A stretch of 45,090 nucleotides of DNA from Flavobacteriales bacterium (GTDB lineage Bacteria; Bacteroidota; Bacteroidia; Flavobacteriales; BACL11): contig NZRO01000046.1 of the NCBI GenBank assembly GCA_002696275.1, forward strand, positions 8,578-53,667, given 5' to 3'. Below, in pieces: positions 30,431 through 38,583 of the stretch; within the stretch, counting starts at the first letter, position 1, and the number at the start of each line of letters is the position of its first letter. Under the pieces are notes generated by a model. The model worked only from the letters and a program-made list of their open reading frames with translations, ran no database searches and had not been told where the DNA came from. The position numbers were made by a program, and so were the translations under genes.

Positions 30431-31537
30431 ATGTCAGAACAACTAAAGATACTAACCGAGTTTTATAATAACAATAAGGATAATAAATTAATATTATCCA
30501 AAGAAGAGATAAAACAAAAAATGAAAAAATGGTTATCAACTTCAGAATATAGTCATTATAAAAATGAATATGATAAATATTATGATGAGATTATTTTCGG
30601 GTTAGATGATGGTCTATGTTTCACAGGAAAAGGTGTAGGATTTAGGGAGAATAAATTTACTTTCTCAGAAATAAATTATAGTATTGACATAATTAGAGTT
30701 CATCCAGTTTTTGAATATAGTATCAAAGATGGTTCAGTTAAATTGTCATTACTCTCTAATCTAAAAAAAAGAGAAGAATTATTAATAAATATAAAAACTA
30801 AATTATTAGATCCAATAAAAAAGATAGAAGTTGAGAGAGCAGAATATGATGAACGTCAAAGAATTATAGCTGAACAAGATAAAGAGGATAAAAGGCTAAT
30901 TCATCTAAGTCACTCAAAATCACAATTAATTAATGAACTTGATAAAGACAGAAATGGCACAATAGACATAATAGAGGGAGATGATTTTAATCTACTAATA
31001 AAGAAACATCAGAGAAAAATTATTGAACTTGAAAGAAATGACAAAATACAATATACAAAACAATTTATAAAATTGTCCAACTTCATTAACAACAGAAAAG
31101 AAGATATACAAGATCTATATACTTCAATATATAAAATTCAAGATCATAACTCACTAAATGAGTACATTAAAATTATTAAGAATACAATCCACTCATATGA
31201 GGTTCTATTAGTTAATTCAATTAGCATGGTATGTTTTCTTTTAGAGGATGATTTATTTAATTTTTATACTATTTATGAAAAGCTAGACAAATTAAATATT
31301 TTCAACTCTCACGCTGAAACCCAATTATTAAATAAATTATCAAACATAGAAGATAAATTAGATGCTGTAATATATTCAATTGACGCGATGAATAATAGTA
31401 TTGTTATGGAACTAGGGATGTTATCAATGGATATTGAAAATTCTACAGATATTTTATCAACTCATTTGAAAGAAATTGAATCGAGTATTGATATAAATAC
31501 AGTTGTTACAGGAATTAAATTATTCCAGAGGATCTAG
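30431..31537 (+). CDS. Hypothetical cytoplasmic protein with an EF-hand-like loop and helical/coiled-coil C-terminus
   Basis: 368-aa ORF with an A-rich leader and its own promoter motif; DKDRNGTIDIIE fits the EF-hand loop consensus; no signal peptide. Confidence 0.7.
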   Translation: MSEQLKILTEFYNNNKDNKLILSKEEIKQKMKKWLSTSEYSHYKNEYDKYYDEIIFGLDDGLCFTGKGVGFRENKFTFSEINYSIDIIRVHPVFEYSIKDGSVKLSLLSNLKKREELLINIKTKLLDPIKKIEVERAEYDERQRIIAEQDKEDKRLIHLSHSKSQLINELDKDRNGTIDIIEGDDFNLLIKKHQRKIIELERNDKIQYTKQFIKLSNFINNRKEDIQDLYTSIYKIQDHNSLNEYIKIIKNTIHSYEVLLVNSISMVCFLLEDDLFNFYTIYEKLDKLNIFNSHAETQLLNKLSNIEDKLDAVIYSIDAMNNSIVMELGMLSMDIENSTDILSTHLKEIESSIDINTVVTGIKLFQRI

Positions 31538-31558
31538 TTGGTCAGTAAATAAAAGTCT

Positions 31559-32059
31559 TTAATCTATTGAAGAAATAGCAGCAGTAAGATCTCCAAAATA
31601 TTGAAGATAAATAAATTTGCCATCATTATCAAAATCATAAGACTGATAAATTGGAAGTGTAACAGTTTTTTCATTTTCAGTATTTTTTACTGAGAAATTA
31701 CAATAAAATCTGACTGAACCATCGATTTCTTTAGTTTCGACATTAACACCAGGTAAAAAAACAATGGAATCAGAAAAAGAAAAATCATATTTTTTCCACA
31801 TCTCTTTATGTGCTGATTTTCTATCTTCAACACTCATTGGACCTTCAGAATTAAAATATGTTCCTCTTACCTTACAAGTGTCGTTGTAATATTTTTTATA
31901 ATCAATAGATTCGTTTACAAAATCATTAAGATAAGATTCTACAGTCATACAATTGTTTAAAAATAATTGATCTATATTATTGTCTTTATTTTGAGTTGTT
32001 TCATTCATTTGACATGAAACAAAAAATATTATAAATATTAAAAAGAATATATTTTTCAT
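31559..32059 (-). CDS. Hypothetical lipoprotein, possibly SnoaL/NTF2-like fold
   Basis: Lipobox FVSC; LPGV.....EIDGSVR and YDF..DGKF...QYFGD pattern resembling Bacteroidota NTF2-like lipoproteins. Confidence 0.6.
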   Translation of the reverse strand: MKNIFFLIFIIFFVSCQMNETTQNKDNNIDQLFLNNCMTVESYLNDFVNESIDYKKYYNDTCKVRGTYFNSEGPMSVEDRKSAHKEMWKKYDFSFSDSIVFLPGVNVETKEIDGSVRFYCNFSVKNTENEKTVTLPIYQSYDFDNDGKFIYLQYFGDLTAAISSID

Positions 32060-32189
32060 GATTTTTGTTTTTAATTTTTGGCAAATATCAATATTTTTTT
32101 AAAACTATTAGTTACTATACTATTAGAATTATAAATGGAGTGATAAAAATTACACAAAGAAGTTCTTGGAATTTTACGTCCAAACGGAA

Positions 32190-34031
32190 TCATTCTACTG
32201 TAACAGATTTTGCCAGATTCCTAGGTTGATCAACATTACATCCCCTCAAAACCGCAATATAATAAGACAATAACTGTAGTGGTATATTGGTTAGTAATGG
32301 AGAAAGTGCTTCAGAACACTCTGGAATTTCAATAGTATAGTCTGCTATTTCTTTTACAGTAACATCTCCTTTAGTAACTATAGCAATCAATCTTCCTCCT
32401 CTAGCTTTAACTTCTTGTATGTTACTCACTACTTTTTCGTAATTTCCTGTTTTTGTCGCTATTACAACAATTGGCATTTCTTCATCAATCAGCGCAATAG
32501 GACCGTGTTTCATTTCTGCAGCTGGGTATCCCTCAGCGTGTATATAAGATATTTCCTTTAACTTTAATGCCCCCTCTAAAGCTACTGGGAAGTTGTATCC
32601 TCTTCCCAAGTATAAGAAGTTTTGTACATTCTGAAACTTTTCAGCAATTTTTTCAATTATTTTTTCAGACTCCAAAACCTGGGATATTTGTTGAGAAATC
32701 AGCTCTAATTCTGTAATCATATTATGATAATCAGTAGTGGTAATACTTCCTTTTAATCTTGCAATTTTTAAAGCCATAAGAGTAAGTACTGCTACCTGAG
32801 TGGTGAATGCTTTAGTAGAGGCTACTCCAATTTCTGGGCCAGCGTGGGTATATACTCCAGCATCTGTAAGTCTAGCAATAGAAGATCCTACCACATTACA
32901 AATGCCTAAAATAGTAGCTCCCTTCTCTTTTGCAAGTTCAAGCGCAGCTAAAGTATCTGCCGTTTCCCCGGATTGAGATATAGCAAGGACAATATCATCT
33001 TCTTTTATAATAGGATTTCTATATCGGAACTCAGAAGCATATTCAACTTCAACTGAAATTCTTGCTAAATCTTCAAATAGATATTCTCCAATCAATCCTG
33101 CATGCCAAGATGTTCCGCAAGCAACAATTATTATTCTGTTTGCCTTTACAAGTTTCTGTTCGTAATCCATTAATCCTCCCAATTTCACTTCCCTAGTTCC
33201 AGGATCAATTCTACCTCTTAAAGTATCTAAAACCGAGCTTGGTTGCTCAAATATTTCTTTCAACATAAAGTGAGGATATCCTCCTTTTTCAATAGAGTCT
33301 AAATTCAATTCCAACTCATGAATATAAGGATTTTTTCTTATATTCGAAATAGTTTTTATTTCTAATTCTTCCTTTCTATTTACTCTAGCAATTTCCCCAT
33401 CTTCCAAGTATACTACATTTCTGGTATATTCAATAATTGGAGTCGCATCAGAGGCAACAAAATATTCTTCCTCTCCTACACCAATCACTAATGGACTTCC
33501 TTTTCTAGCTGCAATAAATTCATTTCCATTATCTTCCTCCATAACTACTATAGCATATGCTCCAATTACTTCATTTAAAGAAAGTCGTACTGCCTCAAAT
33601 AAACTACAGTTTTCGTGATTTTTTATCTCTTCTATCAAGTGAATCAATACCTCTGTGTCTGTATCCGATTTAAAACTATGTCCTTTATTAGACAGCATTC
33701 TTTTTATGGAATCGTAATTTTCTATAATTCCGTTATGTATTATAGCAAGTTTACTATCTCCTGAACTATGCGGATGTGCATTTTTTTGATTTGGCACTCC
33801 ATGTGTTGCCCATCTAGTATGTCCTATGCCTATTGTTCCTTTTCTGTTTTTATTAGAAGAATATTGCTCTAAGTCAGAAACCTTTCCTTTTTGTTTTAGG
33901 ATTGTGATTCCAGCCCCTTCAGACAAAGCTATTCCAGCGCTGTCATAACCCCTATATTCTAATCTTTGTAATCCTTTTATGATAATAGGATAAGCTTCCT
34001 TACCTCCTACATATCCTACAATTCCGCACAT
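32190..34031 (-). CDS. glmS: Glutamine--fructose-6-phosphate aminotransferase
   Basis: MCGIVG, EYRGYDSAG, HTRWATHG, SQSGETADT, PRNLAKSVTVE. Confidence 0.99.
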   Translation of the reverse strand: MCGIVGYVGGKEAYPIIIKGLQRLEYRGYDSAGIALSEGAGITILKQKGKVSDLEQYSSNKNRKGTIGIGHTRWATHGVPNQKNAHPHSSGDSKLAIIHNGIIENYDSIKRMLSNKGHSFKSDTDTEVLIHLIEEIKNHENCSLFEAVRLSLNEVIGAYAIVVMEEDNGNEFIAARKGSPLVIGVGEEEYFVASDATPIIEYTRNVVYLEDGEIARVNRKEELEIKTISNIRKNPYIHELELNLDSIEKGGYPHFMLKEIFEQPSSVLDTLRGRIDPGTREVKLGGLMDYEQKLVKANRIIIVACGTSWHAGLIGEYLFEDLARISVEVEYASEFRYRNPIIKEDDIVLAISQSGETADTLAALELAKEKGATILGICNVVGSSIARLTDAGVYTHAGPEIGVASTKAFTTQVAVLTLMALKIARLKGSITTTDYHNMITELELISQQISQVLESEKIIEKIAEKFQNVQNFLYLGRGYNFPVALEGALKLKEISYIHAEGYPAAEMKHGPIALIDEEMPIVVIATKTGNYEKVVSNIQEVKARGGRLIAIVTKGDVTVKEIADYTIEIPECSEALSPLLTNIPLQLLSYYIAVLRGCNVDQPRNLAKSVTVE

Positions 34032-34034
34032 AAT

Positions 34035-35294
34035 TTATATATCTGTATAAATAATTTTAATAGATGTTTTACTATTGTCTAAAATGGTTCTGTTTGCATT
34101 TGCAGACCCACCAGAAGAAAGTAAATATAAAATATCTGTATATTCATCATTAGTTAGTAACTGAACAAAATATCTAGTAATATTAAAGCTGTAAGTTTTT
34201 CCGTTTAACTCTTCTGCTGCTAGCGGTCCATAATCTATTAAATAATCAAATTCACCATCTTGTTTTTCTCTAACTAAATATAGTTTTTCGTGAGAATCAT
34301 AATTGCCATCTTCCTCAATTTCAAAATCAATAGTTACTTTATTTATTGCCTTATCGGATAGTTGCTGTTTAAGCGTTTCTAAATTATTGAACTCAAATTT
34401 TACTTTACATCCTGCCATTGATTGTAAGTAACTTCTATTTGTATCAGAAATAATCCCTTCATAATAGGAGTTAATAACATCTGAAACTCCGTTTGTTGAC
34501 ACTGCAGCTGTTGACAACTGTGGACCCTTTTTGTTGAATAAGTTTATCCTAGCAGCATTACCTCCAATCTCAAAATCTAAACTAACAGATGTATCTACAT
34601 CTATCTCGTGATAATAAACGCTAAACCTACTTTTGTCTGAGGAAGGATTTAGATACAAAATAGTATTTGATGCAGTAGCTTTTACATACAATCCTTTAAA
34701 AAACTCTAAAAACGATTCATCATCTATCATATCAGAACTTCCACTTGCATCTATTAACTGTTGCCCTATAGAATTATCCAGATATATATTTATATATGAT
34801 GAATTTAATGAATCTCCATCATAAATTGTGTTGCCAATAGCTAGATTTATTGCAGAGATAGATGGATCATAATTAGAATAATAAATACTATCCTTATAAA
34901 TATCTTCTTCTAACTTAAAAACACTAATGTCTAAGTCGTTACTTTCGTTTAAATCTCCATAAAATTCAGAAAAACTATAAGTTATGAATACAGAATCTAC
35001 TACAACATTTTGTATCGCTTCAATGTTGTTTGCTGGTAAGAGCATCTGAGTAACAAAAGCTCCTTTATTCACACCAAAAACAGGGTCATTTATCTCTCCT
35101 AATAGTAGATGTATACTTTCATCAGATCTTAATCTTTCTTCTGACAATGTAGAGATATTAAAATTCGTTATAGAATCGTTATTAATAGTAAACTTGGCGG
35201 CATCTGGCAATTCTAACCCTATTACATTTGGGTCATTGCAAGCAATTAAGCCAACTCCCAATAAAAAGTAAGCTGATTTTTTAAAAATGTTCAT
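34035..35294 (-). CDS. DUF4270-family lipoprotein
   Basis: Lipobox LIAC; LLG...DPVFG, F..FFKGLY, YSFNITRY; typical position between the GT5 gene and glmS. Confidence 0.75.
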   Translation of the reverse strand: MNIFKKSAYFLLGVGLIACNDPNVIGLELPDAAKFTINNDSITNFNISTLSEERLRSDESIHLLLGEINDPVFGVNKGAFVTQMLLPANNIEAIQNVVVDSVFITYSFSEFYGDLNESNDLDISVFKLEEDIYKDSIYYSNYDPSISAINLAIGNTIYDGDSLNSSYINIYLDNSIGQQLIDASGSSDMIDDESFLEFFKGLYVKATASNTILYLNPSSDKSRFSVYYHEIDVDTSVSLDFEIGGNAARINLFNKKGPQLSTAAVSTNGVSDVINSYYEGIISDTNRSYLQSMAGCKVKFEFNNLETLKQQLSDKAINKVTIDFEIEEDGNYDSHEKLYLVREKQDGEFDYLIDYGPLAAEELNGKTYSFNITRYFVQLLTNDEYTDILYLLSSGGSANANRTILDNSKTSIKIIYTDI

Positions 35295-35300
35295 TCTTTT

Positions 35301-36137
35301 TTATTCTTCAGTAAGTTCTAATTCCTCTTCTTCAACTAAAGAATCAAAGAAATTATTGTATTGATCTTCATAATCTTCTTCCCCAGGGAATTTCATAAAT
35401 GGAAGGTTACTTTCCTTCATATATTGTAAAACCTTACTATTTATATTTTTAGATCCTTGAATAACCGCGTCTGAAAAACTAATTGCAAATTTGCTTAAAT
35501 TCTCAAATGAAGGGTTTTTTAACATTTTTAAATCTGAGACATCTAATTTGTTTTCAAAAAGTAGCTTGTTTATGATACCTGAATCCAAAGACCCTTCAAA
35601 TTCTGTGTCAAAAACATTATAAATAACCTTAGTGTCTTTAAATAATGGATCTTCATTATAGATCTTTTTTATATACATAGGCACTAATGATGAGAACCAT
35701 CCTTGGCAATGAATAAATTCAGGAGCCCAGCCAAGTTTTTTTACAGTTTCAATCACCCCTTTACAATAAAAAATCATTCTTTCTTCATTATTTTCTAAGA
35801 AATTTCCATCTTCATCATGAAACATTATTTTTCTAGGAAAATATTCATCATTATCAATAAAATATATCTGCATTCTTGCAGATTGTATCGAAGCAACTTT
35901 TATGATAAGCTGATGGTCAAAATCATCTAATATTAAATTCATCCCGGAAAGACGAATAACTTCATGTAAATTATTAGTTTTTTCTTTAATTACTCCAAAT
36001 TTTGGAAGAAAGACTCTCGTCTCATTGCCTAATTCGATAGAGTTCTTTGGAAGGTTTAATCCTACATTTGACATGTATGTGTCTGGCAGGTAAGGAGTTA
36101 TCTCTTGTGAAACAAATAATATTTTTTTCTTTCCCAT
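35301..36137 (-). CDS. Glycogen/starch synthase N-terminal (Glyco_transf_5) domain protein
   Basis: ILFVSQEITPYLP, LHEVIRLSGMN, FIDNDEYF, IHCQGW; single domain only. Confidence 0.85.
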   Translation of the reverse strand: MGKKKILFVSQEITPYLPDTYMSNVGLNLPKNSIELGNETRVFLPKFGVIKEKTNNLHEVIRLSGMNLILDDFDHQLIIKVASIQSARMQIYFIDNDEYFPRKIMFHDEDGNFLENNEERMIFYCKGVIETVKKLGWAPEFIHCQGWFSSLVPMYIKKIYNEDPLFKDTKVIYNVFDTEFEGSLDSGIINKLLFENKLDVSDLKMLKNPSFENLSKFAISFSDAVIQGSKNINSKVLQYMKESNLPFMKFPGEEDYEDQYNNFFDSLVEEEELELTEE

Positions 36138-36155
36138 AAAAAATTAATTAGCCAA

Positions 36156-36163
36156 CAAATTTA
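36156..36163 (-). promoter_or_regulatory. -7 element (TAAATTTG) for GT5-DUF4270-glmS
   Basis: Reverse-strand TAnnTTTG 18 nt before the ATG. Confidence 0.6.
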
Positions 36164-36196
36164 CGAAATTATATGCTTTATATCAAGCAATTCGGT

Positions 36197-36204
36197 TAGA
36201 TTTG
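36197..36204 (+). promoter_or_regulatory. -7 element (TAGATTTG) for the panC operon
   Basis: TAnnTTTGC 21 nt before the ATG. Confidence 0.6.
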
Positions 36205-36225
36205 CTGATTATACAATTTTGATTC

Positions 36226-37065
36226 ATGAAAATATTTAAGACTAAAGTAGAACTGAAATCGTATTTAAACTCCCAGGATGAAGGAAGGGTCATATCATTT
36301 ATTCCTACAATGGGAGCCTTGCATAATGGACATTTATCATTAATTTCACAAGCCAAACAAAATTCTGATTTAGTAGTTTGTAGTATCTTTGTTAACCCAA
36401 CTCAGTTTAATAATTCTGAAGATTTAGAAAAATATCCACGAACTTTAGATGAAGACTTAAGGGCATTAAGATATATAAAATGTGATGTGGTGTACTTGCC
36501 TGCAATTTCTGATCTTTATAATGAAAATGAACAAGTAAAACAATTCCAGTATAACGGATTAGATGAATTTATGGAAGGCAAAGGAAGGCGAGGACATTTT
36601 GATGGGGTGGCTACAGTTGTAGAAAAACTATTCAGAATTATAAATCCTAATATAGCATATTTTGGGCAAAAGGATATACAGCAACTTCAAATTATTAAAC
36701 ACATAACAAAACAACTTAATTTAGATATTGAAATAATTGGAGTGCCTACAATAAGAGAAGAATCAGGGCTGGCAATGAGCTCTAGAAATAAAAGACTTTC
36801 AGAATCTGATTTAGAGAAAGCTACTCTTATTTATAAAACACTAGTGTTTATCAAAGAAAATAAATACAAATATTCTGTTGAAAAGTTAAAAGATTTTTGT
36901 GTTGAAAAATTCGAGAGACATGCAGATTTAGATTTAGAATATCTTGAGATTGTATCTTTAAAAAACCTTCAACCAATAAAAAAATACAATGAAAAAGGAG
37001 ATAATGTGGCCTGTATAGCCGCAACTATCAATTCTGTTCGTTTAATTGATAATATTATTTTTTAG
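36226..37065 (+). CDS. panC: Pantoate--beta-alanine ligase
   Basis: PTMGALHNGH, SIFVNPTQF, GHFDGV, FGQKD.QQ, GLAMSSRN, RLIDN. Confidence 0.98.
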   Translation: MKIFKTKVELKSYLNSQDEGRVISFIPTMGALHNGHLSLISQAKQNSDLVVCSIFVNPTQFNNSEDLEKYPRTLDEDLRALRYIKCDVVYLPAISDLYNENEQVKQFQYNGLDEFMEGKGRRGHFDGVATVVEKLFRIINPNIAYFGQKDIQQLQIIKHITKQLNLDIEIIGVPTIREESGLAMSSRNKRLSESDLEKATLIYKTLVFIKENKYKYSVEKLKDFCVEKFERHADLDLEYLEIVSLKNLQPIKKYNEKGDNVACIAATINSVRLIDNIIF

Positions 37066-37074
37066 TTTTATAGC

Positions 37075-38067
37075 ATGAACAAGCAAAGTATATTTAATTT
37101 ATTTTTCTCTTTGACTATCATTGGCATATTTACTGGATGGTTTATTGGAAAGAATCCTGATAGTTTACAAAGAGATTTGTTAAAAGTAGATTATTTCTAT
37201 GTCATCTTATCTATGGTTTTTGGGGCTTGGGCTTATGTGAATAGAGGATTTAGATGGATTTTACTTATTGATGCGCTAGGATATAAAACTTCTAAAACAA
37301 ATTCTATTTCTGCAGTTTCAGTAGGTTATTTTACAAATTTATTTATACCTAGAGCGGGAGAGATAGCTAGATGTACCGCATTAAAAAAATCAGATAACAT
37401 TCCTGTGGACAAACTTTTCGGAACTATATTAATAGAAAGAGTAATTGATTTTGTTTTTCTCTTAATCGGTTTTTTCTTAGCGCTTTTACTAAAATCTAGA
37501 GAAATTTCACGTTCCATCAATGAATATCAGCAGATAGATAGTTCAGAATCTTCTTATACAAAGTTTATTGTGCTGTTAGTGATGATTGTTTCTGCTTCCA
37601 TACTTTATTTTTTAAGAAATAAAATAAAGAAATTGTCATATTATCAGAAAGTAGTGGACTTCATAGATGGATTGAAAGAGGGCTTCAAGAGTATAAAGAA
37701 GATGAAAAACAAATCATCTTTTTGGTTTCATACATTTAGTATTTGGATAATGTATTTCCTAATGACTTATATTTGTTTTGATGCAATCCCAGAAACCTCT
37801 CATTTGGGCATATCTGATGGATTATTTTTGTTAATTTTGGGTGGTATTGGAATGGTTATTCCGGCACCTGGAGGTATAGGCTCGTATCATTTAATAGTGA
37901 TGATAGGTTTAGTTGCCTTACAAATACCAGAGGGAGATTTGATTGTAAATGCATATGACAAGTATAATCCCGCAATGTTATTTCCTATTGTTGTGCATAC
38001 AGCTCAAACATTTGTAGCTATTATTATGGGACTCATTGGGTTTTTAATGTTGTTTAAAAAAAGATAA
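37075..38067 (+). CDS. Lysylphosphatidylglycerol synthase TM / flippase-like membrane protein (UPF0104)
   Basis: RGFRW, GYFTN.FIPRAGEIAR, GT..IERVID, PAPGGIGSYH; multiple TM segments. Confidence 0.87.
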   Translation: MNKQSIFNLFFSLTIIGIFTGWFIGKNPDSLQRDLLKVDYFYVILSMVFGAWAYVNRGFRWILLIDALGYKTSKTNSISAVSVGYFTNLFIPRAGEIARCTALKKSDNIPVDKLFGTILIERVIDFVFLLIGFFLALLLKSREISRSINEYQQIDSSESSYTKFIVLLVMIVSASILYFLRNKIKKLSYYQKVVDFIDGLKEGFKSIKKMKNKSSFWFHTFSIWIMYFLMTYICFDAIPETSHLGISDGLFLLILGGIGMVIPAPGGIGSYHLIVMIGLVALQIPEGDLIVNAYDKYNPAMLFPIVVHTAQTFVAIIMGLIGFLMLFKKR

Positions 38068-38091
38068 AACAGCAAAATAAAATAATATATA

Positions 38092-38583
38092 ATGACAAAC
38101 TTACAAAGCATAAAATCTAAAATTTATACACTATCAGAGTTGGTAGAGAGATGCAAGGTTTGGAGGAATAAAGGTGAGAAAATTGTTTTTACCAATGGGT
38201 GTTTTGATTTAGTGCACAGAGGTCATGTTGAGGTATTGGCTAATACAGCAGATTTAGGTGACAGATTAATTGTTGGGTTAAATTCAGACTCGTCTATTCA
38301 AAATTTAAAGCGTGAAAATAGACCAATAATTGATGAAAATTCAAGAGCAATATTACTTGCTTCACTTCAATTTATAGATGCAGTTGTTTTATTCTCAGAA
38401 ACCACTCCACATCAACTTATACAAACTATTCTGCCAGATATTTTAGCAAAAGGAGGAGACTATAAAGTAGAAGAAATTACAGGTCGTGAAGTAGTTTTGC
38501 AAAATGGAGGGGAAGTAATCCTAGTTCCTTTTATTGACGGTTTTTCTACTACAAATATTGTAAATAAAATAAAACAAGATTAA
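38092..38583 (+). CDS. hldC: Stand-alone heptose-1-phosphate adenylyltransferase-like nucleotidyltransferase (RfaE domain II/HldC)
   Basis: VFTNGCFDLVHRGH, VGLNSD.S, RPI, KGGDY, STT. Confidence 0.88.
   Translation: MTNLQSIKSKIYTLSELVERCKVWRNKGEKIVFTNGCFDLVHRGHVEVLANTADLGDRLIVGLNSDSSIQNLKRENRPIIDENSRAILLASLQFIDAVVLFSETTPHQLIQTILPDILAKGGDYKVEEITGREVVLQNGGEVILVPFIDGFSTTNIVNKIKQD

Noticed and set aside
32060-32189. 130-bp gap with ACTATTAG direct repeats, considered as an sRNA, att site or CRISPR remnant
   Set aside because: Only two short AT-rich copies; no stable hairpin, tRNA-like fold or repeat-spacer periodicity
34032-34034. Possible glmS ribozyme
   Set aside because: Only 3 nt separate glmS from the upstream gene, so there is no leader to hold it
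34495-34516. GTTGACA direct repeat inside the DUF4270 gene
   Set aside because: In-frame micro-duplication (STAAVST); too short to indicate a mobile element or regulatory site
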